Part shown: one piece after another, positions 50,809 to 60,297 of the stretch
Position numbering within the stretch: the first letter of the stretch is position 1
Layout: the number at the start of each line of letters is the position of its first letter
Translations under genes and position numbers: made by a program
From: Candidatus Hydrogenedentota bacterium
GTDB lineage: Bacteria > Hydrogenedentota > Hydrogenedentia > Hydrogenedentales > SLHB01
Assembly (NCBI GenBank): GCA_963674865.2
Contig: CAXXYE010000009.1
Location: forward strand, 544,001 to 608,000
Reading direction: 5' to 3'
Length of the DNA: 64,000 bases
The notes under the pieces: generated by a model
What the model saw: only the letters and a program-made list of their open reading frames with translations
Told to the model about the DNA's origin: nothing
The model's database searches: none

Positions 50809-51336
50809 GTGGACACGAAGGGAAATGACCTCGAAATGATTGCGGCGCGGGTTGACGCTGAGCCCGTTGACTTTGCAACACGGCTCACGCACGGCGCAAA
50901 GGTCAAGCGCGGCCAACTTAACGCTGTTCAGCAGGGCAGGTACGGAACGGGGCCTGCTCCGTACGGTTACCGCCGAGGCCGAGAGGGCGAGCCGCCGCTC
51001 GTGGTAGACGATCGCGAGGCAGAGGTCGTCCGGATGATTTTCCGCGAATACTTGCGAACACGCAGTACCGGGAAGGTTGTCAGTTACCTCCATGCGCGAG
51101 GAATCTTCACGAGAAAAGGCAACAAGTGGTCGCGTCAGGCAATTGCCATCATTATCTCCAACCGGACCTACCGAGGCAGGGTGAGCTACGGCGAGGTCGA
51201 AGCACAGGGACTGCACGACCCAATCATTGAGCCCGCTCTGTTCTACAAAGCCAACGCCCTTAAGGAACGCAAGCGGCGCAAGAAGCGACGGATTCACGAA
51301 CGCAAGCAGGACGCCGCGCGCATCAGGCGCTCCTAG
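50809..51336 (+). CDS. Stand-alone Recombinase (large serine recombinase DNA-binding) domain protein
   Basis: G..PYGY, EAEVVRMIF, L..RGI.TR.G..WS...I..I.SN..Y.G, HDPII; no resolvase catalytic domain. Confidence 0.8.
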   Translation: MDTKGNDLEMIAARVDAEPVDFATRLTHGAKVKRGQLNAVQQGRYGTGPAPYGYRRGREGEPPLVVDDREAEVVRMIFREYLRTRSTGKVVSYLHARGIFTRKGNKWSRQAIAIIISNRTYRGRVSYGEVEAQGLHDPIIEPALFYKANALKERKRRKKRRIHERKQDAARIRRS

Positions 51337-51437
51337 GGCATGGCGCTGCATTGCCACGGCGATGCGCCAGCATCGTACTCTTCTGGTGTGGATCGCCCAA
51401 CTCGTGTTTCCTAACACATCCCGGAGAGTTCACGACC

Positions 51438-51977
51438 TTGCTGAATCGTGACGCGACCATCCTAGTAGTCATTGACCTCCAGGAAAGGCTCCTGGCGAAG
51501 ATCCCAGCGGCGGAAGCCGTCATCGGCCGGACGGTGGATCTCATCCGATTCGCTAGAGAGCTTCACTTGCCGCTCCTCTGGGCCGAACAGTATCCGAAGG
51601 GGCTGGGGCCTACGGCGGCGGCCGTAGCCCGGGAACTTCATGGCCTTCGTCCCCTGGCGAAGCGTTCATTCGGGTGCTTGGGCGACCCGGAATTTGAGGC
51701 GGCGTTGAGAGACTCGCAGCGGAGCCAACTGCTAGTAGCCGGTGTGGAAACCCACGTGTGTGTAATGCAGACCGTCCTCCAGGCAGTGAACCAAGGCTAC
51801 GAGGTCTACGTGGCACAGGACGCGGTGGCCGCTCGCGTCGAGGCCGAACATGAGGCTGGAATAGCCCGGATGGCTTCAGGCGGGGCGTGTCTGGTTACGG
51901 CGGAGATGGCCATGTTTGAACTTCTGGGCCAGGCAGGCACGGCGGAGTTCAAACGCGTTCTGCCGCTCTTGAAATGA
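51438..51977 (+). CDS. Isochorismatase family hydrolase
   Basis: VIDLQERL, EQYPKGLG, K..FGC, GVETHVCV.QT; TTG start after GGAGAG. Confidence 0.92.
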   Translation: MLNRDATILVVIDLQERLLAKIPAAEAVIGRTVDLIRFARELHLPLLWAEQYPKGLGPTAAAVARELHGLRPLAKRSFGCLGDPEFEAALRDSQRSQLLVAGVETHVCVMQTVLQAVNQGYEVYVAQDAVAARVEAEHEAGIARMASGGACLVTAEMAMFELLGQAGTAEFKRVLPLLK

Positions 51978-52033
51978 AACAGACGGCGTGCGGCCTGCCA
52001 AAGCTGCGGCCAACCGGAGAAGGGTAGTCTTCG

Positions 52034-53287
52034 ATGCAGAAAAATCTATGGCTCGGCGTGTTGGGGATCGTGTTGGCGTGGCTTGCCTTCGGAGCGGCTG
52101 AGGCCCAGACTCCCGGCGGGAACCTCACCGCCTATGATGACGACGGCACGATTCTGGCCAATGGCAAGAGAACGATTATCATTGGGACATACGCCTACAC
52201 CTCGAAGTACGCCGAACGTCCCGTCGATGAGGCAATGAAGGAGCTGGCGGATGCCGGATTCAACCTCGTCCACACCGGGACGGCCCCCGAGGTACTGAGC
52301 GCGGCGCACGAGGCAGGCCTGATGACGTGGATATCCGTGGGAACGCTCGACCTCAAGAATCGCGAGGAGAGCGAGAAGAAACTACGCGAACGCGTTCGTG
52401 CCGTGAAGAACCAGCCCGCCATTGCCTTTCTGGAAACCGTGGACGAGCCCGCCTGGACGTGGCTCTCCCCCGCACAGCGCGTGCCTGCCCAGGCACTGGC
52501 CGAGGCCTATCCCATCATCAAGGCGGAGGATCCAAACCATCTGCTGTATACAAACCACGCCCCGACGAATCTCGTAAGTACCATGCGCGCCTACAATTCG
52601 GGCACCGACGTCGTCGCCATGGACATCTACCCTGTCAACCCCGGCGGGCTGCGCAAGTCATACGCCTTATTTGAAGACGGCTACCAGGGCGACCTGAACA
52701 ATACCTACATCAGCCAGGTCGGGGAATATGTAGACAAGATGCGCAAGGTCACCGGCCCCAATCGCCCTCTCTTTATGGTATTGCAGGCCTTTGCCTGGGA
52801 AATGCTGCGCGAGGAAGGCGAACGGGACGACGCCAAGATCCTGTATCCCACCTACGCGCAGAGCCGCTTCATGGCGTTCCAAGCCCTCATCAAGGGTGCG
52901 AACGGCATCATTTACTGGGGCAGCCATTACACGCCCTATCCTTCGCAGTGCTGGACGGACATCAAGCGCGTTGTGAGTGAAATAGCGGCCCTGGCCGGGC
53001 CATTGGCCGCCCGAAGGCCCCCCATCGACATCGCCACCGAATACCACGAAATGGGACACTCCGTGGACGACGGCGTTCAGATACTTGCCAAGAGGCACGA
53101 CGACGCCCTCTACCTGTTCACGTGCAATGCCTACAAGAACCCCTGCAAGGCGACGTTGTCAGGACTCGGTGATTGGCGCAAGTATGAGGTTTTGAATGAA
53201 GATCGCCCCGGGGCGGACGTGGAAAATGGCGCCTTCACGGATGAATGGGAACCGTTCGGCGTCCATGTCTACATGCTGACCCCCTAG
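52034..53287 (+). CDS. Secreted protein, putative glycoside-hydrolase-like TIM barrel
   Basis: Signal peptide AEA; AGFNLV, DEP, DIYP, VLQAF, GANGIIYW. Confidence 0.6.
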   Translation: MQKNLWLGVLGIVLAWLAFGAAEAQTPGGNLTAYDDDGTILANGKRTIIIGTYAYTSKYAERPVDEAMKELADAGFNLVHTGTAPEVLSAAHEAGLMTWISVGTLDLKNREESEKKLRERVRAVKNQPAIAFLETVDEPAWTWLSPAQRVPAQALAEAYPIIKAEDPNHLLYTNHAPTNLVSTMRAYNSGTDVVAMDIYPVNPGGLRKSYALFEDGYQGDLNNTYISQVGEYVDKMRKVTGPNRPLFMVLQAFAWEMLREEGERDDAKILYPTYAQSRFMAFQALIKGANGIIYWGSHYTPYPSQCWTDIKRVVSEIAALAGPLAARRPPIDIATEYHEMGHSVDDGVQILAKRHDDALYLFTCNAYKNPCKATLSGLGDWRKYEVLNEDRPGADVENGAFTDEWEPFGVHVYMLTP

Positions 53288-53311
53288 GAGCGGCTCCTTC
53301 TGGCCGGACTT

Positions 53312-53692
53312 CTAGTCCAGGTTTTCTTCCTCCGGCCCAGGCTGTCCGGCATCCTCATCGGCCGCTTCAGCAGCGTCAGCGCCCTCAGCCTTTGACTCCT
53401 CCGCGTGGAGCGGCGGCGTGCCATGGAGGTCTTCGCTCTCGGTATCAAGGGGGGCATCCGTCAGCGCGTCGATATACTCCTCCGGGTTGTACCTGCTGAG
53501 TTCCCGAATCTCCCGCTTCACGGGCGAAATTTCCCGCTTGAGGTCGTCTTTGACCTCATTCACGTACCCCCGCAAGTCGCGGATGGTACGCATCGCGATC
53601 TTGGCGAATTCCGGGAAACGCTCCGGGCCTATAATGACAAGGGCGATCCCGGCGATCAGGATGATCTCGCCTATGCCGAGGCTGCTGAACAT
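53312..53692 (-). CDS. tatB: Twin-arginine translocase subunit TatB (TatA/B family)
   Basis: EIILIAGIALVIIGPERFP; acidic tail; follows tatC. Confidence 0.8.
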   Translation of the reverse strand: MFSSLGIGEIILIAGIALVIIGPERFPEFAKIAMRTIRDLRGYVNEVKDDLKREISPVKREIRELSRYNPEEYIDALTDAPLDTESEDLHGTPPLHAEESKAEGADAAEAADEDAGQPGPEEENLD

Positions 53693-53716
53693 AGAGTATA
53701 AATCCTCACGAGGCCG

Positions 53717-54481
53717 TCATCGCTGCTCATGGGCACGCTTCCGCCTGCGTACGACGAGGTACGAGAGCCAAATGCTTATTTCATAGAGTAAGGCCAGGGG
53801 CAAGAGCATTACAACCATGGTGAACACATCGGGTGGCGTGAACATGGCGGCCGCAAGCGCCATGATGATGATGGCCACCCGGCGGTACTGCCGCAGCGTC
53901 GCGGGGCTCAACAAATCCATATACACCAAGGCCAGAACCGCCATGGGGAACTGAAAAGCGACGGCAAACGCCAGATATCCCCGCAACAGGGTGTTGAGCG
54001 TAGAGGCAACCTGAAGTTCGGCAGTCACGTTCTCCGGCGTCTGACTCATCACGAAAGGCACGACGAGGGGAAACACCAGGAGATACGCCATCGTGCCGCC
54101 CGCGATGGCGAGCACGCCACAGCCCGCCAGGAGTATCATGGCGAGTCGCTTCTCATTGGACTTCAAGCCGGGAAAGATGAACGCACACGCCTCGTACAGA
54201 ATGTAGGGCGCCGCGAGGAGAAGCCCGGCAATGCCGGCGAGCTTGAGTCGAACGCTGGTAAACCACTCGAAAGGCGTCAAGGTCTTCCACGGAATCTGCT
54301 TCCCACGCAGAGGAAAAGCCACCAACTCAAAGATCGTTTCGGAGAAGATGACGCACAGGATACAAAGGACCAGGACCACGACACCCACCCGGATGATCCG
54401 CGTGCGCAGTTCGGCCAGGTGCTCCGTGAAGGTCATCCGCGCTTCGGCATCGTGCTCCTTAGACACGCCGGACGCCTCCAT
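53717..54481 (-). CDS. tatC: Twin-arginine translocase subunit TatC
   Basis: HLAELRTR, FIFPGL, FQFP, TPPD, LYEISI. Confidence 0.96.
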   Translation of the reverse strand: MEASGVSKEHDAEARMTFTEHLAELRTRIIRVGVVVLVLCILCVIFSETIFELVAFPLRGKQIPWKTLTPFEWFTSVRLKLAGIAGLLLAAPYILYEACAFIFPGLKSNEKRLAMILLAGCGVLAIAGGTMAYLLVFPLVVPFVMSQTPENVTAELQVASTLNTLLRGYLAFAVAFQFPMAVLALVYMDLLSPATLRQYRRVAIIIMALAAAMFTPPDVFTMVVMLLPLALLYEISIWLSYLVVRRRKRAHEQR

Positions 54482-54657
54482 AAGTCAACACCGCGGCCTT
54501 GCCGCGGAAGCCCGGTTCGGCGGAAACAGCGACACAGCCCACCCGCAAGAAGCGCGTAGGACACATTCGTGAAGACAGATACTCAAACATAGGCAGGTAG
54601 CGACCGCTGTGGCTCATGGCCGTTCCCCGGATTGCCCGTGGAGAACAGGCCCGACGA

Positions 54658-55038
54658 CTAGAACAGCGTCTGTTGTCTTTCCTCTTCAGGGTCCTGGGCA
54701 TACGTGACTTCCGACGCCGGGGCCTCGTCGGCGGCAGTGGCTGCGTCGGGCCGTTGGCTTCCTCCTTGCCGGACAAGCTCCTTAAGGGCTTTACCGGGCT
54801 TGAAAGCAACGACGCTCTTGGCCCCGATACGCACCTCCTCGCCAGTGCGAGGATTTCTGCCGCTGCGGGCGTCGCGCGTCTTGATCTCGAAAACGCCGAA
54901 GTCACGCACTTCGAGGCGTTTGCCCGCGGCCATGAAATCCGTTATCGCATCCAGCGTGGCTTGCACGATGCCCGCGACTTCATTCTGTGTGCCTCCCACG
55001 CGTTCAGCCACCTGAACCACAAGTTCACGCTTTGTCAC
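54658..55038 (-). CDS. HU/IHF family DNA-binding protein
   Basis: TKRELV, EVRDFGVF, GRNPRTGE, FKPGKALK; acidic extension. Confidence 0.95.
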   Translation of the reverse strand: MTKRELVVQVAERVGGTQNEVAGIVQATLDAITDFMAAGKRLEVRDFGVFEIKTRDARSGRNPRTGEEVRIGAKSVVAFKPGKALKELVRQGGSQRPDAATAADEAPASEVTYAQDPEEERQQTLF

Positions 55039-55116
55039 ACGAGTCTCCTTCCCTGAGGCACAACCAGTCTCTCCGATATCGCGCGTGCACGGCGTCCCGG
55101 AGCCGCGACCCCAACA

Positions 55117-55692
55117 TCAGATGCCGAACAGACTCTTGAACGAATCGATGTAAAGGGCACGGATCTGCGGAACGCCTACGAGAAGCCCAATCATCACCAA
55201 AACCGCGACCACGATCATCACGTTCTTCTTCGCCGCCTCGGACATGCCGCCCTTGGGCGCCGCTCCGCCGCCGGTCGGCGCCACGAAGATCTTCTCCCCG
55301 GCTTCGGCGCGGCCCTTCTTATCCTCCAGGCCACCGAGGGTCTCGTTAATGGAAATAAACGCCCGGTGCCACTCCGTTTGAAGCTTCTTGACGGCCACTT
55401 CGGACTGAGCGTAGATGCTCTCAAGGTTGGTCGCCCCCGACACAATATTCATGGTATTGCCGTCGAGCGTGTAGTCCGCGGCGAGCGTGTCCTTGAGAAC
55501 CTTGTGTTCCCGCGCCAATTTGCTCTTGATCTTAAGGAACTGATTCTCGAGCTGTGCCTTATTGACACCGGGGCTGGGGTAGGCGCTCAGAATCTGGTTG
55601 AACAACAACCAGTCGTTCATGAATTCGCGACACATCTCAACATTTCTGTCGAGTAGTTCAATGAGTTTCTTCTGCTTCTTACTGTGTCCCAT
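55117..55692 (-). CDS. Hypothetical helical protein with C-terminal TM anchor
   Basis: ATG 55692; LENQFLKIKSKLAR; C-terminal hydrophobic helix. Confidence 0.7.
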   Translation of the reverse strand: MGHSKKQKKLIELLDRNVEMCREFMNDWLLFNQILSAYPSPGVNKAQLENQFLKIKSKLAREHKVLKDTLAADYTLDGNTMNIVSGATNLESIYAQSEVAVKKLQTEWHRAFISINETLGGLEDKKGRAEAGEKIFVAPTGGGAAPKGGMSEAAKKNVMIVVAVLVMIGLLVGVPQIRALYIDSFKSLFGI

Positions 55693-55735
55693 GTCACGAC
55701 ACCTTTCGTGTAGGGTCCGCCCCGTCAATCAAGTT

Positions 55736-55764
55736 AATCTAGCACATGCCATGGTCAATGTCAA
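55736..55764 (-). promoter_or_regulatory. Sigma70 promoter for the hypothetical-HU/IHF-tatCB cluster
   Basis: TTGACA-17-TAGATT with TGn. Confidence 0.7.
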
Positions 55765-55811
55765 ACCACGCAACGGGGCATAAGTCACGGAATCAACTAA
55801 TGTTAGCCGAC

Positions 55812-56396
55812 TTACTCGCAGGCTTTCGGGGGACACATTCCGGCAAAGTTGCGGACAATTTGCTTCCCGCATTCCGTGAGGATGCTCTCTGGGTGGAACT
55901 GCACCCCCCAGATGGGGAATTCCTTGTGAGCGAGCGCCATGATCTCCCCCTCCTCCGTGCTTGCGATAACCTCAAGCACATCCGGACAGCTTTTAGGCTT
56001 CACCACAAGGGAATGATACCTGGTGGCAATGAACGGTGAAGGCACTCCCTCGAGAAGCGGGTTGTTTATGTGATTGATCCTGCTAACCTTACCGTGCATG
56101 ATGCGGTCCGCTCGCACAACATCGCCGCCGAAGACGGCTCCGATGCATTGATGGCCCAAACACACACCAAGCAGGGGAATGGCGGGCCCCAACTCGCGGA
56201 TGACGGCACACGATATACCTGCTTCGTTCGGCGTGCACGGCCCCGGTGAAACAACGATTCGGTCGGGCCGCATTTCGCTAATGGCCTCAACGTCGATGGC
56301 ATCATTGCGGAACACGCGGATGTCCGGTTCGACCTCGCCGAAGTACTGCACCAGGTTGTACGTGAACGAATCATAGTTGTCTATCATGACGATCAT
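55812..56396 (-). CDS. trpG: Anthranilate synthase component II
   Basis: IDNYDSFTYNL, SPGP, GVCLGHQ, RYHSL, QFHPES. Confidence 0.93.
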   Translation of the reverse strand: MIVMIDNYDSFTYNLVQYFGEVEPDIRVFRNDAIDVEAISEMRPDRIVVSPGPCTPNEAGISCAVIRELGPAIPLLGVCLGHQCIGAVFGGDVVRADRIMHGKVSRINHINNPLLEGVPSPFIATRYHSLVVKPKSCPDVLEVIASTEEGEIMALAHKEFPIWGVQFHPESILTECGKQIVRNFAGMCPPKACE

Positions 56397-57880
56397 GATT
56401 CAAGTCCTTTCTCAGCGAATTCCACGGCCCGGAAGAGGGCCTTCGCCTTGTTGACGGTCTCTTCGTACTCACGCTCCGGAACGCTGTCGTAGACGATTCC
56501 CGCGCCTGCCTGGACGTAGACGACGTCATCCTTCACGATCATCGTGCGGATGACAATGCACGTGTCCATGTCGCCCGAGAAGCTGATATATCCGCATCCG
56601 CCCGCATAAGGGCCGCGGCGCAGCGGTTCGAGTTCGTCGATGATCTCCATGGCCCGGATCTTCGGCGCCCCGCTCACCGTGCCCATCGGGAAGGTGGCGC
56701 GCAAAGCGGAGAAGGCGTCTTCCCCATCTTTGAGTTCCCCTTCGACCTCGCTCACGATGTGCATCACGTGAGAGTAACGCTCGATGTACATGAGTCGCGA
56801 TGGCGAGGGCGCCACGGTGCCAGGTTTGCTAACTCGGCCAACATCATTTCGCCCGAGATCGACCAGCATAATGTGCTCGGCCCGCTCCTTCTCGTCGGCC
56901 AGCAGGTCTTTGCTCAGCGCTTCATCCTCAGACGAGCTGGCGCCGCGGGGCCGTGTGCCCGCGATCGGGCGAACCATGCACGTCCGCCCGTGTACCTGGG
57001 TCATTACCTCGGGACTACATCCCACCAGCGTGAGGTCCGGATATTGGACGAGCGTCATGTACGGCGACGGATTGATACAGCGCAGGGCTCGGTACAGGTT
57101 GATCGGGCTCACCTGCGTTTCCCGCTCAAACCGTTGCGACAGCACCACCTGGAAGATATCGCCCGCGCAAATGTACTCCTTGGCCTTGCGAACGGCCTCG
57201 CAGAACTCCTCGCGCGTGAAACTCGACTTCGGACTCGACTCGAAGCTGCCCGAATGGAGGCGCTCCGTGGTAACAACCAAGGGCTTTTTGAGAGTTTGCT
57301 CGAGTTGATCGAGCTTGTGCGTTGCCTCGATATACGCCTTGTCCACGCTGCCTTGCACGTGGGCGTTCGACACGATCTGGAGCCGGTTCTTGACGTGGTC
57401 GAAGATCAGAATCGTATCCGTGATCATGAAGTACAGGTCGGGGAGGTCCAAGTTGTCCGGATTAGCGTCGGGCAAATCCTCAAAAAACCGGACTTGATCG
57501 TAGCCGATGTAGCCCACGGCCCCGCCGTGAAACTTGGGAAGGCCGGGGACGGTTATCGGTTGGTAGGCGTCCATGAGCTTGCGGAGCTCGCCCAACGGGT
57601 CGTCGGACTGAAACGAGCCGGAGCGGCCGTCCCGCGTGATCGTAACGTTGTTGCCCTTGGATTGGAAAATGACGGAGGGATTTGCGCCCAGAAAGGAGTA
57701 GCGCCCGATGGTGTCCGCCTGCTCAACACTCTCGAGTAGGAAGGAGTAGGACTGCCCCCTCGCTATCTTCATATACGCCGTAACCGGTGTTTCGAGATCG
57801 GCCAGGATCTCGCGGTAAACCGGCACGACGGCCCCAGCCCGTGCTATCTGCCGGAATTCATCAAGTGTCGGATGGTTCAT
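56393..57880 (-). CDS. trpE: Anthranilate synthase component I
   Basis: LLES, GDIFQVVLSQR, NPSPYM, KERAEHIMLVDLGRND, GTVSGAPK; ATG 57880 after GAGG. Confidence 0.96.
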   Translation of the reverse strand: MNHPTLDEFRQIARAGAVVPVYREILADLETPVTAYMKIARGQSYSFLLESVEQADTIGRYSFLGANPSVIFQSKGNNVTITRDGRSGSFQSDDPLGELRKLMDAYQPITVPGLPKFHGGAVGYIGYDQVRFFEDLPDANPDNLDLPDLYFMITDTILIFDHVKNRLQIVSNAHVQGSVDKAYIEATHKLDQLEQTLKKPLVVTTERLHSGSFESSPKSSFTREEFCEAVRKAKEYICAGDIFQVVLSQRFERETQVSPINLYRALRCINPSPYMTLVQYPDLTLVGCSPEVMTQVHGRTCMVRPIAGTRPRGASSSEDEALSKDLLADEKERAEHIMLVDLGRNDVGRVSKPGTVAPSPSRLMYIERYSHVMHIVSEVEGELKDGEDAFSALRATFPMGTVSGAPKIRAMEIIDELEPLRRGPYAGGCGYISFSGDMDTCIVIRTMIVKDDVVYVQAGAGIVYDSVPEREYEETVNKAKALFRAVEFAEKGLES

Positions 57881-58318
57881 TGTGATTTCCTCATTGTGTG
57901 TGGCTTGTTTCTTCAGATCCATCAAGTCGGTTCAACCGCCCCTGCCGCATCGCCAGAGCTTGTGCCTGCTCTGAGGCCAATAGCCCACCCTCCGGCGGCG
58001 TATGATGCAGGCCAATACGTGGTGATAGTCCGCTCTTCTCACAACCGCGCCACAAGACTGTATGCAAGTCATGCGGAGCGGGCGCTGTGGTGCGAAGGTA
58101 CCAGCTGGTGCGGTGCGCTCTAAGGTGAATGCCACTACAGGTCTCCGGAAATGCATACGGTACGCCTGTGACAACAAGAAACGTCGGGAAAAGGGAATTA
58201 AGAAGTCGGGAAAAGGCAGGGAATTAGTGACGCCATCGATGGTGGGCCAAATACATAACCGGCATCACACAGGTTCCTTCAGTCGTTCGCGGGAATCCGC
58301 AGTCCTGAATTCCAGGCG

Positions 58319-59083
58319 TCAGCATCGCACATGAACGCCGTTCTTTGCAAGGAATTCTTTTGCCTGGCGGATCGTGAACGTCTGGAAATGGAAGATCGAA
58401 GCAGCCAGGGCCGCGTCGGCCTTGCCCTCTGTGAGCGCGGCCAATAGGTGTTCAAGACTTCCTGCTCCGCCACTGGCGATGACGGGAACGCCAACAGCCT
58501 CCGCCACCGCGCGGGTGAGGGGAACGTCGTAGCCATCCTTGGTGCCGTCGCAGTCCATCGCGGTAAGGAGGATCTCGCCCGCCCCCCGGCGTTCCGCCTC
58601 CTTGGCCCAAGCCACGGGCTCCAGGGGCGTTGGGCGGCCTCCATCGCGGCCACCGTGGCTGCGAACAATGTAGCCGTTGTCCGTTCGTTTCGCGTCGATG
58701 GCCACCACAATGCACTGGGCGCCGAAACGAGCCGACGCCTCGCTGATGAAGTCGGGATTCTCGATAGCGGGCGTATTGATGGAGACTTTGTCGGCCCCGG
58801 CGTTGAGGAGGATGCGGATATCGTCAATGGTGCGTATCCCCCCGCCAACGCAAAGGGGCATAAAGACTTGCTCCGCCGTTCGGCTAACCACGTCGAGCAT
58901 CGTTGCCCGATTATCGGTGGACGCGCGGATGTCGAGGAAGACGATTTCATCCGCCTCCTCTTCGTCGTAGCGTTTGGCAATCTCAACGGGATCGCCCGCG
59001 TCGCGGAGGCCGAGGAAATTGACTCCCTTTACGACGCGGCCGTCGGCAACGTCGAGACAGGGGATAATTCGCTTAGCAAGCAT
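58319..59083 (-). CDS. hisF: Imidazole glycerol phosphate synthase cyclase subunit
   Basis: [35 protein letters not shown]. Confidence 0.98.
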   Translation of the reverse strand: MLAKRIIPCLDVADGRVVKGVNFLGLRDAGDPVEIAKRYDEEEADEIVFLDIRASTDNRATMLDVVSRTAEQVFMPLCVGGGIRTIDDIRILLNAGADKVSINTPAIENPDFISEASARFGAQCIVVAIDAKRTDNGYIVRSHGGRDGGRPTPLEPVAWAKEAERRGAGEILLTAMDCDGTKDGYDVPLTRAVAEAVGVPVIASGGAGSLEHLLAALTEGKADAALAASIFHFQTFTIRQAKEFLAKNGVHVRC

Positions 59084-59122
59084 GAGTCTTGGGGCCGCTT
59101 CTCCGTTGGAGGCCGTATGATC

Positions 59123-59902
59123 CTACCGGAAATCGTCGTCTTCGTCTCGTTCGAGTTCAGGAAGGTTCGGCTCTTCCGGTGGGGGAGGGGCCAGGTTCTG
59201 CTGCTCCTCCTCATCCTCTTCTTCTTCCTCCGGCTCAACGGCGACTTCATCGGGCCATGTAGGCTCGATGCTCGCGCTCTGCTGGAGGGAATCCATGGAG
59301 TCTTCTTCCGGCTCCATGACCTCCGACTCGCTCACCGCCGGGCCAGGCAGATCGGGCTCAGGGAATGCTGCCGCCTGGGAGGATGAATCGACGACAATCC
59401 CACGGACGTTCAAATCTACCGACGTAACTTCCTCGACGCCGAGCAAGTTCTCGGCGGCCTCGGCGATGGCCTCGCTCACGCGGTTCGCCGTCTCGCGTGC
59501 CCCGGCGCCTGTACGCTTGTACAAGAGCACCTCGGCGGTAATCTGAACGCTGCGGCCGTCCTCGGACGGCACGGCACGGACAGCGACCTTCTTGACTTCA
59601 GGCAGTCTCCCAATGACCCGGTTGAGGGTCGCCTCGACGGAATCGAGTTGGATAATGACGTCGCCCTGCGTGCCGGGGAAGGAGATCGTCTTGCGCTTGT
59701 TCCGCCGGCGGCACGGAATGAGGCCAAGCAATCCGATGACGGCCACGCCCAAACCGATGGCGATCCGAATCCAAGTGCTGTCCAGCGCTCTCATGGCAGA
59801 GCTGTCGTACAGGACGCTGACGGGCGTGACGGCCACCAACACACCCCCAGCCAACGCGGCGAGGCTAAGGAGCTTCAACAGAATCAGATGGACTACCTTC
59901 AT
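59123..59902 (-). CDS. AmaP-like alkaline shock membrane anchor protein with acidic tail
   Basis: Two N-terminal TMs, G.V.I...SVE, Asp23-like domain; coupled to the Asp23 gene. Confidence 0.65.
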   Translation of the reverse strand: MKVVHLILLKLLSLAALAGGVLVAVTPVSVLYDSSAMRALDSTWIRIAIGLGVAVIGLLGLIPCRRRNKRKTISFPGTQGDVIIQLDSVEATLNRVIGRLPEVKKVAVRAVPSEDGRSVQITAEVLLYKRTGAGARETANRVSEAIAEAAENLLGVEEVTSVDLNVRGIVVDSSSQAAAFPEPDLPGPAVSESEVMEPEEDSMDSLQQSASIEPTWPDEVAVEPEEEEEDEEEQQNLAPPPPEEPNLPELERDEDDDFR

Positions 59903-60270
59903 TCGACGGCCCTCTCTTCTTGCGTCTTGGCCTCGTGTCGGGTGAACTCGATATCTGCGATAAAAACGTTGATCTGCGCCACCGGCTGATCGGACATGCG
60001 GCTGATCGCGTTAAGTACGGCTTCCTGAATGTTCGGCCCCAGCTTCCTCAGATCGGTCCCGTAGCGCACAACAACGCCGATATCGATCTGCAGGCGGCCA
60101 TCGTCATCGAGCCGAGCGGAGATACCCGGATTCTTGCCCATCCCGAGCTTCTCGGTGAAGCCCGAATTCATGCGCACTACCCCCTCCTGGAGCAAGGTCT
60201 CGTGCGCGGCGACCTTGGCGTAAACGGACATATCGACTTCGTGCTTACCCAGGGCAGTCACATCACTCAT
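59899..60270 (-). CDS. Asp23/Gls24 family envelope stress protein
   Basis: IDIGVVVRYG...IQEAV...INVFIADI. Confidence 0.88.
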   Translation of the reverse strand: MSDVTALGKHEVDMSVYAKVAAHETLLQEGVVRMNSGFTEKLGMGKNPGISARLDDDGRLQIDIGVVVRYGTDLRKLGPNIQEAVLNAISRMSDQPVAQINVFIADIEFTRHEAKTQEERAVE

Positions 60271-60297
60271 CGTAGGCCACCTCTTCCGTCAGCCGAA

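Noticed and set aside
50050..51336. Prophage or integrative element at the recombinase gene
   Set aside because: No catalytic domain, att-like repeats, tRNA or phage/conjugation genes.
57932..58177. Trp leader peptide / attenuator for trpE
   Set aside because: No short ORF with tandem Trp codons and no convincing terminator seen.
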